DNA from: a virus
Reading direction: 5' to 3' (one strand)
IMG/VR virus record: IMGVR_UViG_637000268_000004
Location: 428-64,427 of that record
DNA: 64,000 nt
Under the pieces are notes generated by a model. It ran no database searches. It worked only from the letters and a program-made list of their open reading frames with translations, and was not told the origin of the DNA. The position numbers were made by a program, and so were the translations under genes. Positions 20,281 through 29,221 of the stretch are shown in pieces; positions within the stretch are counted from its first letter, which is position 1; each line of letters starts with the position of its first letter.

Positions 20281-20290
20281 GGATCAAACC

Positions 20291-20821
20291 TCAGTTCGGG
20301 CGAAATCCGGGCAGATCGAGATCCGCGCCCCATTCGCTATCCTCAGCGCTTTCATGCGCCGCCTGTCGCGCGGCCTCTTTCTTACCGAGCTTTGTTTCTC
20401 GATCGGGCTTCGCAGCATCCTTGCTCGACTGAGCATCATCGAGGCGTCGGCTGGCCCCCATCAGGTCGTTCTTTTCCAGCATCTGCATCAAAAGCCGCTC
20501 GGCCCCGATGTTGCCTGCCTCGGCCGCCGCCCAGGTCCGCTCGAACCGCCGCGCCTCGAGCCGATCTCGCATTTTGTTCCGCTCACCGAGCTCGGATCTA
20601 AAATACCGCTTTAGCGTCGGCTCCGAGATCGCATTGCCCGTGCGCGGATCCACGATGCAGGAGGCAATTCGACCATTCGACCAGCCCAAGCCAAGTAACA
20701 TACTGACTTTACGTGCATTTTCCTCAGTCCTTTGGAACTTGGGACGTCCCCGCTTTCCTTTGGTGGAAAAGACAGGGTTCCCAAAGAGGTCAAAGGCGTC
20801 GGGATTTTCATTCTCGGCCAA
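20291..20821 (-). CDS. Terminase small subunit-like protein
   Basis: Between HNH and terL; HTH-like region; TTG start after GGAG (alternative ATG at 20836). Confidence 0.65.
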   Translation of the reverse strand: MAENENPDAFDLFGNPVFSTKGKRGRPKFQRTEENARKVSMLLGLGWSNGRIASCIVDPRTGNAISEPTLKRYFRSELGERNKMRDRLEARRFERTWAAAEAGNIGAERLLMQMLEKNDLMGASRRLDDAQSSKDAAKPDRETKLGKKEAARQAAHESAEDSEWGADLDLPGFRPN

Positions 20822-20876
20822 AAAAATTCTCCACATGAGATAGGCGCCGGTTTGGGTATTCCGCCCCCTGGAGGGA

Positions 20877-21242
20877 TCAGCCCCCCCCTATGCCCCCGGC
20901 GATCCGCTCGGCGGCCTCAGTGCGCTGTTTCTCCCTGTCGTGGCAGGGTTTGCACAGGCACTGCAGGTTATTGAGATCCCAGAACAGATCTGGATCCCCA
21001 TTGTGGCGACGAACGTGATCACCGATGAGCTTCGATGTGTCAGCCTCAATCGCCCCACACATCTGGCAGGTGAAGAGATCACGCTCGAAGCACTGCATCC
21101 GCAGCCTGCTCCAGCGTGCCGTGCTGTACCATTTCCGCCATGCATGTTGCTGTCGGCGCGTCGTGTCAAAGTCGGTCTTCAGGGCCGCAATGCGCGGTTT
21201 CAATCCCTGAAGTCTTGGCTCCAGTCTCTTCAGCTTAGGCAT
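20877..21242 (-). CDS. HNH endonuclease (packaging-associated)
   Basis: CQMC...DH..RH...NLQCLCKPCH. Confidence 0.9.
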   Translation of the reverse strand: MPKLKRLEPRLQGLKPRIAALKTDFDTTRRQQHAWRKWYSTARWSRLRMQCFERDLFTCQMCGAIEADTSKLIGDHVRRHNGDPDLFWDLNNLQCLCKPCHDREKQRTEAAERIAGGIGGG

Positions 21243-21265
21243 CAGCGCCTCGAACTATGATAGAG

Positions 21266-21294
21266 AAAGCCCGGCAGCGATGATCGCTCCGGGC
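21266..21294 (-). terminator. Terminator-like hairpin in the late-operon leader
   Basis: gcccgg-agcgat-loop-atcgct-ccgggc stem followed by a short TTTCTCT on the minus strand. Confidence 0.5.
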
Positions 21295-21430
21295 ACATTA
21301 CAGGCGGGTCACTCTGAGCGTTTTTAACCAGAGTCCGCCGCCCACCTTCCGGGGCGCTGCCGCGTATCGCGCGGGGACCTGCCGGAATGGGGCTATGGTT
21401 GGGGACGTTAGTCGCGGCTCTTAGTCCCAG

Positions 21431-22018
21431 TCAAGTGTTTCGCTGAATCGCAACAAGGTCATCTACCGATGTCGTCGTTAGCACCTCGCGCCCAAAGAGC
21501 TTGAAACTTACCTTGGCGCCATTGTCCGCGAGAACCTGGACTACTTCGCAATGGTGCCCGACGAAAGCGCCCGATTTGAACAGCGCAGCGTCACCACGTT
21601 GGATCGACTGGCGACGTCGACGCATACGCTCCTCTGCACGACGCGCCCGATCGGCGTCTTCATCAACCCGACGCATAGCATGAAGCGAACGCAGGTCGTT
21701 CGGGAGGATTACGCCCCACGCGCCATCTGCACGCGTGAGCGCGCCCTGTATGAACGGGCAAGACAGAACCTCATGCGGCTTAGCTTCGCCGGGAAAGCGA
21801 GCGAACACATAGCCCGGCAGGTAACGACGATGGTATTCACGCGCCTTTCCAGCTCTCGTAGTACGGCGCGTAGTGACCGGGTGAAAGCCATAGACACCAC
21901 GTCGACGAAGCCATGCCTCAGCCTGATCTTCCTTCTGCGGTAGCACAAACAGTGCATGCCACCGTACCGCACCAGGCATACACAGGACGCTGCCTGCCAC
22001 TGCCGAACGACCTGTCAT
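21431..22018 (-). CDS. NusG-family transcription antiterminator (late regulator position)
   Basis: WHALFV..QKE, YLPGYVFARF NGN motifs and C-terminal KOW (G.FVG...V...FGRE); start uncertain. Confidence 0.8.
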   Translation of the reverse strand: MTGRSAVAGSVLCMPGAVRWHALFVLPQKEDQAEAWLRRRGVYGFHPVTTRRTTRAGKAREYHRRYLPGYVFARFPGEAKPHEVLSCPFIQGALTRADGAWGVILPNDLRSLHAMRRVDEDADRARRAEERMRRRRQSIQRGDAALFKSGAFVGHHCEVVQVLADNGAKVSFKLFGREVLTTTSVDDLVAIQRNT

Positions 22019-22057
22019 GTTCACCCTCATCATCATTTTCACTGCCCTTTTTCGCCC

Positions 22058-22334
22058 GTTACGCTTTGACTTAAGTGTAACGCCACCGTAACGGCCTGCG
22101 TAACTCACCCAAGTCTCTGTTTATTAATGTCTTTTTGTTATCAGATAGATTTGAGTTCCGGCGTTACGATGAATATGTGCACACCGTTCGCGCGCCTGCC
22201 CGTCAGGGAGGCTCTCCCTGCAGCGTAACGCCGTAACCGCACTGAATTTTTTCATATATTCTGAATTATTTTCAATGCATTGCCTCCGTTACTTAAGGCG
22301 TTACGTTTGCGTTACGCTCGAGCTCAAACGTAAC
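22058..22334. repeat. Putative P1 replication origin: 11 GTAAC/GTTAC repeats with AT-rich patches
   Basis: Copies at 22058, 22077, 22088, 22100, 22163, 22225, 22233, 22288, 22300, 22311 and 22330; directly downstream of the helicase gene. Confidence 0.6.
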
Positions 22335-22348
22335 GCCCATCCAACCTA

Positions 22349-24223
22349 TCAGATGCCATCCTCCCCCTCGTTCGAGGCGGTTTCTTTGATATAGCCGGGG
22401 AGGAAACGCGCGGGCACAACGAGGCCCCTCTTGGGCCTACCATCAACTCTGACTGGCTTTGGCGCAGGAGCCACCTCAGGCATAGTATCCAGCGCTGCGC
22501 GGTGCCCACCGCCACGCCACCGCGTGTTCGCGAGCGCCTTGTTCAGCTGCGGGTTCTCACCGTTTGCCACGAAGAGGTCGCGCTGCCCGCGCTCGCCCGG
22601 CATGACCCTCAGCCCCAATCGAGCGAGGAGCTTGTTCTGGTATTCGCCCGACTTCACGTCCTGGAACTCCTGGATGGTCTGGATCAACTCGCTAACCGAA
22701 ATCATGCCACCGTGATCCTTGTGGATCATCGCTCCGAAGATCCACGTCAGCAGGCGCTCACCTTCGCCCTCCTCCTCAGCCTCGCGGGTTTCCTCGACAA
22801 GCGGGAGTGCCATGGCCAGAGCGCGCTCCATGCGCTTAGGATCGGCCTGATTTGTCTCAGGGTCCACCAGCGGCCTCTCGAACAGCATCAGGTCCCAGCC
22901 GGCAAGCAATGCGCCTACCGTGTCTCCTGCACGTGCCTGGGCGCCGAGGCTCTGCACAAGGCTGTTGTAAACCCGAAACGTGCTATCCCAACGCTGGGAC
23001 GCTAGGCTTAGCATGCGCCTCCAAACCCGGGGGCCAAGCTCCTTTGCCCTTCGTTCCAACTTGTCGAGCTCGACCGCGTCATGCGCCGGATCTGAAGACT
23101 TCTCTCTAACCTTCAGAGGAACAACGACAAACCGGGATCTGTCCTGTGGCGTCATCGATCCTGGAATGATCGAGCCCAGAAGGCCCGCTCCGTAGATCTC
23201 AAAGCGAATGCCAGTATGGTCAGAGGTCCCTCGCTCCACCCGCGCGCCATGCGCATCGGACATCAGACGAAACAGAGCGATTACATCTTCGATGTCGCCG
23301 GTCCCGGTGCCCTCGGCCTCATCAAAGATCCGCGCAATCGCCATCCGGTTGGTTGTCTGCCTGATCGAGGCCGATGACCCGCTGCTCTTCACACCTGTCG
23401 ACATCCCACCTAGCAGCGAAGATATCACCTCGAGCAACGTTGTTTTACCGGCACCAGAACGCCCACGGATCCACATATGGCTGCGCCATCGGGGGTACTG
23501 GCCTAGTGCCGCCTGACCAATCCAACCTATCACCAGATCCACGGCATCTGGAGACACCCAGTTCCACCCATCGCGAAGCGCCATCCGGATGATGTTCATC
23601 TCTTCTGCAGTGGCCGCGACCCCATCCGGGAGGCCCAGCGTCGGCACTGCGGGATAGAGGTCACTACCGATCATGCGCCCGACAACCTCTTCTTCCGATG
23701 AGGTCTCGACCGTTTCGCCGAGGTGGACAACCGGATGCACAGATCCGCCACGCCAAGTCCCGAAATGGCGGACCGGTTTCGATGGATCATAAAGCGGCAT
23801 TTCGGCACAGGCCTGCATGAGCTTGTCAGCCGCATTTGCAGGGTTGAAATCTGTATCCTTGCGCGCGTCCGGCGGAGCGATATCTTTCAGGTGCCGTTTC
23901 GGCGTTGTGCTGCCAGCCAGCAATGACACCAGATTGGCACGCTGACTCAAAGCGCCTGCGGTCAAATCGATTCTCTCACCGCGGGCATTGAGGAAATAGT
24001 ACTTTCCCGCAGACATACCGAGCGGCTGCACGGGGAATCCTTCTGGCAAGATCGATGACGGCTTGCCGCTGCCCTGCTTACCACCACGCCCCGCCCTACC
24101 CGCTCCAGCGCCCGATTTTCCAATTGGTCCTCTCGGTTTCTGAGGTGGCGGACCATCATCCATCGGAGCGATCACTTCTTCATTTTCGAAATCCGCTTGC
24201 AGCGCATCGCTATCCTGCGTCAT
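22349..24223 (-). CDS. P-loop ATPase/helicase-like replication protein
   Basis: GRSGAGKTT Walker A and FDEAE Walker B; follows the primase-like gene. Confidence 0.75.
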   Translation of the reverse strand: MTQDSDALQADFENEEVIAPMDDGPPPQKPRGPIGKSGAGAGRAGRGGKQGSGKPSSILPEGFPVQPLGMSAGKYYFLNARGERIDLTAGALSQRANLVSLLAGSTTPKRHLKDIAPPDARKDTDFNPANAADKLMQACAEMPLYDPSKPVRHFGTWRGGSVHPVVHLGETVETSSEEEVVGRMIGSDLYPAVPTLGLPDGVAATAEEMNIIRMALRDGWNWVSPDAVDLVIGWIGQAALGQYPRWRSHMWIRGRSGAGKTTLLEVISSLLGGMSTGVKSSGSSASIRQTTNRMAIARIFDEAEGTGTGDIEDVIALFRLMSDAHGARVERGTSDHTGIRFEIYGAGLLGSIIPGSMTPQDRSRFVVVPLKVREKSSDPAHDAVELDKLERRAKELGPRVWRRMLSLASQRWDSTFRVYNSLVQSLGAQARAGDTVGALLAGWDLMLFERPLVDPETNQADPKRMERALAMALPLVEETREAEEEGEGERLLTWIFGAMIHKDHGGMISVSELIQTIQEFQDVKSGEYQNKLLARLGLRVMPGERGQRDLFVANGENPQLNKALANTRWRGGGHRAALDTMPEVAPAPKPVRVDGRPKRGLVVPARFLPGYIKETASNEGEDGI

Positions 24224-24252
24224 GCCTGCCCTCCTTTCCTGCAATTGGCCCG

Positions 24253-24534
24253 TTAGGACTCTTTTGATTGACTAAACTCGTGCGCGAGCGTCGCTGCCCG
24301 AAACAGCGACAGGCACCATTCCTCCAGCTCACGCGCGAGCCCATCGTCGCCATCGCTGCCGGCCGTGACTGCGCGCTGACCGGACACGCCGGCCTTCCAC
24401 GCGAGCCAACGCGACATTGCCGCCAGCTCGCTGGCATCAAGATCTGGACGCCGTGAGGCGTAGAATTCCTCTGCAGTCTCGCTGATATGTTCGGCCTGTC
24501 TGGCATCATCGGGACACAGGAATTCGATCTGCAT
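24253..24534 (-). CDS. Hypothetical protein
   Basis: ORF filling the gap in the replication operon. Confidence 0.55.
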   Translation of the reverse strand: MQIEFLCPDDARQAEHISETAEEFYASRRPDLDASELAAMSRWLAWKAGVSGQRAVTAGSDGDDGLARELEEWCLSLFRAATLAHEFSQSKES

Positions 24535-24537
24535 GGG

Positions 24538-25380
24538 TTACACTCCACCCTTCGCAGCGGAGCCGATCCGCACGATCGACGCCCGTAAGCCGGGGCGAAC
24601 GTGCATCGAGCGCTTCAGACCACTTTCGAGCTTCTGCCGAGTGCCAGTCCTGTCATCTTCCTGAAGGAACACGAGGCGCTTCACCCAATGCGGCGCGACG
24701 AATGAGGTATCATCTGACAGATCAGGCAGGCCCGAGTATCGAACACCCTTCTGCCGCTGCATCTTGCCGGACATCACCTTGAGATCCACAACAGCCCAAT
24801 AGGCCGCATCCTCTAGCCCGGATGGGCGTGACGCATAGGCGCGCAGGGCCGCTTCCAGGCTACGTGCTACTACCAGAGCCGTGGCTGCCTCTGGCCAAAC
24901 CAGCGGCAGGAATCCCCCTTTACAGGATCCGCGCACGATCTCTGCAGGCATATGGTCCCCGTCCATTTGAATGCTTGCGCGCCCATGCGGCGGCTTTGGA
25001 TCAACCCAAATTTGGTTGACGCCAAGCAGCTGGCCTGCCTCAGAGAAGATCCCGCCGAGGACACAAGGCCCGCGATGTAGCTCATGGTATAGGCCTCCGG
25101 ATTTCTTCATGTACGGATGGTCAAGCACGAACCGGAGATTTGCAGGAATTTCATCCAACTGGATGCCCTGCGAGGCAAGATAGGCAGCAACGACGCCGCG
25201 CGATCCGGGGATTGACTTACGCCACAGGCTGCGCGCATCGGCCACCGCCTGGCGGCGATACGGGTCGTTCAGCGTTCCTGCGACCACCGACTGCGATCGC
25301 GGCCGATCCGAAATCGGGATGACCGGCGTGATCGTGTCGAATGGATCTCCTGTGTCCACTAGATCAAACCCATCTTTCAC
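24538..25380 (-). CDS. Primase-like (Toprim) protein, apparently degenerate
   Basis: AR.LW...AYL..G...LRF..HPY...G.....W pattern present; canonical EG.E and DxD motifs appear altered. Confidence 0.65.
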   Translation of the reverse strand: MKDGFDLVDTGDPFDTITPVIPISDRPRSQSVVAGTLNDPYRRQAVADARSLWRKSIPGSRGVVAAYLASQGIQLDEIPANLRFVLDHPYMKKSGGLYHELHRGPCVLGGIFSEAGQLLGVNQIWVDPKPPHGRASIQMDGDHMPAEIVRGSCKGGFLPLVWPEAATALVVARSLEAALRAYASRPSGLEDAAYWAVVDLKVMSGKMQRQKGVRYSGLPDLSDDTSFVAPHWVKRLVFLQEDDRTGTRQKLESGLKRSMHVRPGLRASIVRIGSAAKGGV

Positions 25381-25856
25381 GGTTTCACCTTATAGAAAGT
25401 TCCGGCCGGATCGGCCCTTTCCAAAAACTTGCGCCGATCCGCATCCGCCATGACTTCCCAGAAGGCGACGAACAGACGCTTCCGAGCCGCCTCGGACAGC
25501 TGCGTGCGTTCCAGACGGCGGATGCCCGCAGCGACATACGCCTCCAGTTCAGCAGGGTGTGCGATATCGGCCCAAAACCTTGCGTCGCCGCGCAGATCAC
25601 CGAACACATCAAGCTCCGGCATGCCTGCGCCGGCACCATCCAGCCAGGACACCAAGAGGGTCGCAACCTTACGGACATCCTCAGGCTGCACCGCCTTTAG
25701 CAGCACGCACAGCTCCACGAGCAGAGATCCTCGACGCTCACTCTGGGACTCCTCCGGTTTGCCCTCACAGCATTTGGCGTCCTGCACATTCAACGGACCG
25801 CCCTCAGCATGGGGCGATTTGCGTTTCCACCGAAACCACCCGCGATCATCCCTCAT
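25377..25856 (-). CDS. Hypothetical phage protein (start uncertain, about 25793-25856)
   Basis: Coupled to the primase start; A.FWA..A.P.ELEAY pattern. Confidence 0.55.
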   Translation of the reverse strand: MRDDRGWFRWKRKSPHAEGGPLNVQDAKCCEGKPEESQSERRGSLLVELCVLLKAVQPEDVRKVATLLVSWLDGAGAGMPELDVFGDLRGDARFWADIAHPAELEAYVAAGIRRLERTQLSEAARKRLFVAFWEVMADADRRKFLERADPAGTFYKVKP

Positions 25857-26727
25857 CTCCCTCAGAAGGAAGATATGAGCCAATCTCGCCGCTGCGCGCC
25901 GATTGGCGCAGGAGAGCCTTGAACGATTTTGCCGCGAGCGCGTAGTCAGACCATTTCGCAAACTCAGGTCTCTCGCGCATCACGCCGATCCGGTCCCGTA
26001 CACTGACCAGATTTGCTTTCGACACGAAGGCCTCGAGGTTCAGCTCACACATCTCAGGTTCATCCCAGAGGGTGGCAAACCAGGGCCGCAGAATACGGGC
26101 TTGATACAGCTGCGGATCCTCGGCGCATGCGGATCCGGATAATGCCCGCAATGCCCGCGTCACGATCGATGCACCATTCTTTTGTGACGTGTATCCCCGC
26201 ACCAGCCCGATGGCATAGATCTCACGGGCCTCGCGGTTGCGAGCAGACTTATTGTACGGCATGAGCCGGCAGCCGCTGGCGCTCACAGCGGCATCAGCGA
26301 TCCGCGCCGATGTATCACCCGCCGCAAGCCCAGCTTTGAACAGATGGAACGCCGAGACATTGGTCCGAGCCGAATTGATCGCCGCGAAACAGGATGCCTG
26401 CTCAGGCGGCGCAATATTCGCGACCATTGCCGGAACGCGTACCAGCCCCCTCATGGCGGCAGCATGCACGCGGTGCTGACCATCGATGATCGCAAACCTA
26501 TCACAGCCCTCGCCGCTGGGGGCAACAGTGATCGGAGTAAACTTGGACCAATCGAACTTGATCGCTATTTTTCGGATAACACTCCAGTTCTTTGCCCCAA
26601 GCGGACGCTGGTAGAGGTCATTCACGACAAGATCGGAGATCTCTAACCAGCGCAATTCCGGCTCGGATACGGGCGCTTTCACCTGGACCGGTGGCTGTTC
26701 TGATACATCGATTGGTCGAAGTGTCAT
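25846..26727 (-). CDS. ParB/Srx N-terminal domain protein
   Basis: L.V...YQR...FAIIDGQHR motif. Confidence 0.8.
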   Translation of the reverse strand: MTLRPIDVSEQPPVQVKAPVSEPELRWLEISDLVVNDLYQRPLGAKNWSVIRKIAIKFDWSKFTPITVAPSGEGCDRFAIIDGQHRVHAAAMRGLVRVPAMVANIAPPEQASCFAAINSARTNVSAFHLFKAGLAAGDTSARIADAAVSASGCRLMPYNKSARNREAREIYAIGLVRGYTSQKNGASIVTRALRALSGSACAEDPQLYQARILRPWFATLWDEPEMCELNLEAFVSKANLVSVRDRIGVMRERPEFAKWSDYALAAKSFKALLRQSARSGEIGSYLPSEGDEG

Positions 26728-27002
26728 GCGTCATCTCCATCTGTCGAAAGATCTGCTTCAAGCTCATCGAAGCGATGCGCCAAACGGCGCAGTTGCGTCC
26801 CCATCCCGCGCTGCACGAATCCGGTGAACATCGGGCGCATAAACTTGGCTTCGGTCGCCTCACCCGCGATGAGGGCAAAAGTCTTTCCGTTCTCAGGATG
26901 ATCACAGAGCTCAAACAGGATATGCCCGACGCGGAACTTTTCCCGATCAAAGGTCTTGGGATCCGGATGCCGCGAACGGCTGCGTGAGCTATGTGCGCTC
27001 AT
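26724..27002 (-). CDS. Hypothetical protein
   Basis: ATGA-coupled to the ParB-like gene. Confidence 0.6.
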   Translation of the reverse strand: MSAHSSRSRSRHPDPKTFDREKFRVGHILFELCDHPENGKTFALIAGEATEAKFMRPMFTGFVQRGMGTQLRRLAHRFDELEADLSTDGDDA

Positions 27003-27168
27003 GCGACTGCCCCCTGAAAAAGGGGCGCGTAATTGCATTCGCCATCACGCGCCCAGGTTCCGCAGGGAGGAGTTGTGGGGGCTGCATGCAGGTCACCTGC
27101 CCCTCCATCGGTGGTGTCCTCGGCAAGGAGCTCGCCGACACCTGCTGCATTAACTTCCGAGCGATAGG

Positions 27169-27645
27169 TCACTGCACATCCCCCGCAATCGATCGACGGA
27201 TTGACGCCACGCCAGCATTCAATTCGTTGAGCATCGCATCATAGGCGGCGATGGCCCGGCCACTCTGCTCGTGTACATCCGCAGCTTCTTTCCGGGCGCG
27301 CTGGATGGTTTCGCGGCTGGGCTTCTGTTCGGCACGAGCGACCGCTTCAACCATCTCGGTGCTTTCGCGCAGCATCTCGAGGTGATGCGCAAGGATCTCC
27401 TCGGCGCCGGTCGCGTCCTCGCATTCCCGGTTCAAGAGGTTCACGAAGGATCGATCCCCCGTGGCCTTGGTCAGTGCCAGCACACAGAGAAAGCTGATAT
27501 CGAGGTGCCCGTTTTGCACCTTTGACAGGGTTCCGGCCGCGATCCCCTCTCCAGTCTCCGCTTCGATCGCGGCACAGGCCGCCGGGATGCCGCCTGCCCG
27601 CTTGATCAGCGCCTTGGCCATATGTGCAGAAAGCTTCTTATCCAT
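27169..27645 (-). CDS. CII-like phage regulatory protein
   Basis: Directly after cro; LIKRAGG..AA...GTLSK HTH pattern. Confidence 0.6.
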   Translation of the reverse strand: MDKKLSAHMAKALIKRAGGIPAACAAIEAETGEGIAAGTLSKVQNGHLDISFLCVLALTKATGDRSFVNLLNRECEDATGAEEILAHHLEMLRESTEMVEAVARAEQKPSRETIQRARKEAADVHEQSGRAIAAYDAMLNELNAGVASIRRSIAGDVQ

Positions 27646-27720
27646 CGGAAACTCTTATTCCTTGGGGTTTTGGGGTTCCGCGCCGAAACTGACGGCATGG
27701 AAAGCTGTGATACTCAACGA

Positions 27721-27939
27721 TCAGGAGCCTGCGTGTACTCTTGCGATGTCCTCGAAATCGACCTTCAATCCTCGCCGTCTGGCGCTGTTCATAATCCGAA
27801 GGTGGTACTTCGCGGGAATACTCCCTCTTGCCGCCCAACGCTGCACGACGATCGGCTGCACATCAGCATCCTTGGCCAACTCTCCGCGAGACGGCCATCG
27901 ATCAATCAATTCGGCGACGCTCGAAACTCTTCCATCCAT
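27721..27939 (-). CDS. Cro-like HTH protein
   Basis: 72 aa, ID.WP...LA...V..W..RGSIP; divergent from the repressor. Confidence 0.8.
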   Translation of the reverse strand: MDGRVSSVAELIDRWPSRGELAKDADVQPIVVQRWAARGSIPAKYHLRIMNSARRRGLKVDFEDIARVHAGS

Positions 27940-27972
27940 GACTTGATGTAGCCCCTATCGTGTATGGCACGA

Positions 27973-28040
27973 AACATAATGACCATTTCGGTCATTCGTC
28001 AACTGTCCTTTTTGGTGATTGAAAATGAACAGCTTGGTCA
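27973..28040. promoter_or_regulatory. OR-like operator cluster and cro promoter
   Basis: TGACC-N5-GGTCA at 27980-27994 (perfect 7-bp arms), degenerate copies at 28004-28018 and 28026-28040; minus-strand TTGACG-N18-TATGTT. Confidence 0.7.
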
Positions 28041-28054
28041 CGATAACAAGTGTC

Positions 28055-28372
28055 ATGAGCGCCAACCGCAGTCAGACAACCGGAAAGACAAGCTTTTCCA
28101 ACGAGATGCGCCCCGAGCGGATCGGCTATCGTCTGGGACTACTCAGGCGCGCACTCGGCCTTCAGCCAGCTGAGATTGCAGACCTACTAGGGATTGAGCG
28201 CACCTATTGGTCGCGCACAGAAGGCGGAAAGCGCGCTGCATCAAAAGAACTTGCTGCGCTACTGGTTGAGCGCTTCGGAGTTACGATGGACTTCGTGATT
28301 TTGGGTCAATGGGGCGGCCTTCCCTTGGACCTCGCCACTAAAATGCGAAACATCGAAAACCAAGACTCCTGA
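28055..28372 (+). CDS. XRE-family repressor (cI position), no S24 peptidase domain
   Basis: RLGLLRRALGLQPAEIADLLGIERTYWSRTEGG HTH; about 105 aa; start uncertain (28019/28055/28106). Confidence 0.8.
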   Translation: MSANRSQTTGKTSFSNEMRPERIGYRLGLLRRALGLQPAEIADLLGIERTYWSRTEGGKRAASKELAALLVERFGVTMDFVILGQWGGLPLDLATKMRNIENQDS

Positions 28373-28552
28373 AAATAAAACTCATCAACTGTCCTACCCG
28401 TAACCACCGCCAAGCGAGACGCGAAGAAAAGCTTGGGGTTTGAAATCCAGTAAATCACTCAGATTTCCCTCAAAATACAACCATAGCACGATAGAAGCAC
28501 TACGCGCTCTGCCTATGTCAAAATCAATCTTAGCTCATTGAAAATATTCAAC

Positions 28553-29221
28553 ATGCCAGAGAAAAGTCATCAGAGGTATGTGACTTGGCTAGAGCGCCGG
28601 GTTACCGAGCACTGCTATACCCATCAAGTGAGTCTCAATGACGCTTCGAAGAGAACCGGGAACAGCAGAAGCTTTCTGTCCAGCCTCTTCAAACGGCAAA
28701 GCGACATAGGGATCGGCCGATTTTTCAGAATATGTGAGGCACTGTCAATCAAACCCGACGCTCAGCTCCTCGATATCGCCGAAGGCAACGCCCCCTCCAT
28801 CGATGAGGTAACGGATCTTGTAGCCCTCCGAACAAACAGCCCACTACCTACAACAATTCTTGATTTTATAGTCATCTACGCAGTTCCCGAGCCTGACGAC
28901 ACTACCCTCTCACTCCTACACCTCGGTGAAAAAAGCCTCGCAGCACGCGTATTGCCGATCCAATCGAACGACATGCTTCAAAGGGCGGTGGATAATTTTC
29001 CCGCCGCCGATCGCAAGAAGCTTGTCACTTCTTACCAACTCGCTGGGAAAGGTACCTGCCTTATTTCGATTGAAACCCTTGCAACACACGTGCACGGCCA
29101 GCCCGAAGTAAACGAACTCATGTATAAGCGCCTGCTATTCCCGGTCAAAGATTTCAATGGCAAACCAGCCGTCGGCGTCTATGCAATACCAGCGTCTAGT
29201 CGCGCCAACTCCAGCACTTGA
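28553..29221 (+). CDS. XRE-HTH plus putative PAS-like sensor domain regulator
   Basis: N-terminal XRE HTH (SLNDASKRTGNSRSFLSSLF...FRICEAL); C-terminal YKRLLFPVKDFNGKPAVGV resembles PAS_5/DUF1457-type ends. Confidence 0.65.
   Translation: MPEKSHQRYVTWLERRVTEHCYTHQVSLNDASKRTGNSRSFLSSLFKRQSDIGIGRFFRICEALSIKPDAQLLDIAEGNAPSIDEVTDLVALRTNSPLPTTILDFIVIYAVPEPDDTTLSLLHLGEKSLAARVLPIQSNDMLQRAVDNFPAADRKKLVTSYQLAGKGTCLISIETLATHVHGQPEVNELMYKRLLFPVKDFNGKPAVGVYAIPASSRANSST

Noticed and set aside
20837-20890. Exact cos sites (also 59274-59431)
   Set aside because: The position between HNH and terS and the G/C runs are suggestive, but cut sites cannot be fixed without virion-end sequencing
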